DNA of 63,741 nucleotides, counting the filler, from Octopus bimaculoides (taxonomy: Eukaryota), in assembly GCF_001194135.2 (NCBI RefSeq). It is 4 parts of 4 records of this genome, joined end to end, with 100 filler letters (N's around TTAATTAATTAA, not from the genome) between each part and the next. Parts side by side here need not be neighbours in the genome. Positions count along the whole stretch, not along the records: positions 59,199 to 63,741 come from NC_068992.1; 3 more parts are not named here. One strand, given 5' to 3'. A program made the translations under genes and the position numbers. A model generated the notes under the pieces. That model was not told the DNA's origin. It worked only from the letters and a program-made list of their open reading frames with translations, and ran no database searches. Below are positions 62,815 to 63,741 of this stretch, piece by piece; position 1 is the stretch's first letter, and each line of letters starts with the position of its first letter.

Positions 62815-63354
62815 ATATATATATATATATAAATTCCACAAAAGAAACAAGAACGTAACGGACGAAAATGAAAACATACGGACAGATGGACGATACAAAG
62901 ACGGTCAGGAAAACCAGGCTGGAACATTCGTGGCTTTCTGTTCATCTGTGAAGCTTGGAATACTGTATATCGTAGGTGGATTTGTCATGAAATTATCTTT
63001 ATACAAAAGAAGAGAGAAACGTTGAGGGCTAATTATACGTACCTGCTGTAAATGCAAGTTGGTTGCAGAAACCTATATTCTCGGCGATTGTATCTGTTTC
63101 AATGGTAAACTTATGATTTTAAAATGTCATGATTGCTGGAGAATTATCCTTCACAAGGCGGGTAAATTTAGAAATATGTATTTACCAAAATGCTTAATCT
63201 GAGGCACTGTAGCCTGTCGAAGTCATTGCAGGGCAAAGTGAGAGGACGAGCACAATACGCCACCTCGAAGAACACAAAACACCGCCTAGTCTAGGAATTG
63301 AAACTATGATATCGCAATCGTGAGTGCACCACCCTGAATACTAGGCCGTGTGGC

Positions 63355-63730
63355 TATACGCGCAGTTATGACTATGTGGTAACTAGCTTGATTACCGACC
63401 ACATGGTTCCCCATTCAGTTCCACTGCGTGGCACCTTGGCTAACTGTCTTCTACTATACCATCGGACTAACCATAGCCTTGTGAGTGGATTCGGTAGACA
63501 GGAACTGAAAGAAGCCTGTCGTATATATATATGTAAATATGTGTGTATGTTTGTGTATCTTTGTCAGTCTCCCCCACACCATCGCTTGCTAACCGATGCT
63601 GGTGTGTTCACGTTCCCGTAATTTAGCGGTTCGGCAAAAGACACCGATAGAATATGTACTAGACTTGCAAAGAATAAGTACTGGGGTGAAGGCGGTGCTC
63701 CAGCATGGCCGTAGTCGAATGACTGAAACA
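63355..63730 (+). mobile_element. SINE family A, full length
   Basis: Head CTATGTGGTAACTAGCTTG...CAGTTCCACTGCGTGGCACC through tail GCTCCAGCATGGCCGTAGTCGAATGACTGAAAC. Confidence 0.85.
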
Positions 63731-63741
63731 AAATATATATA

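Overview
AT-rich, microsatellite- and SINE-dense, heavily gapped animal genomic scaffold. It is most likely an octopus draft assembly (inference from the repeat families and the artificial 44N-TTAATTAATTAA-44N joins). The only gene I can identify with confidence is the 3' end of an SLC5A7/CHT1-like sodium:solute symporter on the + strand (exons 3517-3623 and 6332-6895). Relative to human CHT1 it has lost several residues implicated in choline binding or transport (W406/Y407/E451/R361 equivalents). The rest is mostly transposon debris: three tRNA-head SINE families, a DD36E Tc1-like element (2 fragments), an internally deleted DD34D mariner with both TIRs, a Helitron helicase fragment, Helentron-type non-autonomous copies, a Penelope-like (GIY-YIG) fragment, several RTE-clade LINE ends, an R4/Dong-like RLE retrotransposon end, and piggyBac/hAT/pogo-like MITEs. 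Other notable structures are a SINE-derived 21-bp minisatellite, two long hairpins, and scattered candidate exons of unidentified genes. There is no CRISPR array, rRNA or genuine tRNA gene, and I cannot demonstrate a new biological system from sequence alone. The best leads are the divergent transporter, the intronic perfect hairpin, the SINE-born minisatellite, the DD36E element and the microsatellite-abutting RLE element. Repeat boundaries are approximate and all homology calls come from motif recognition by eye.
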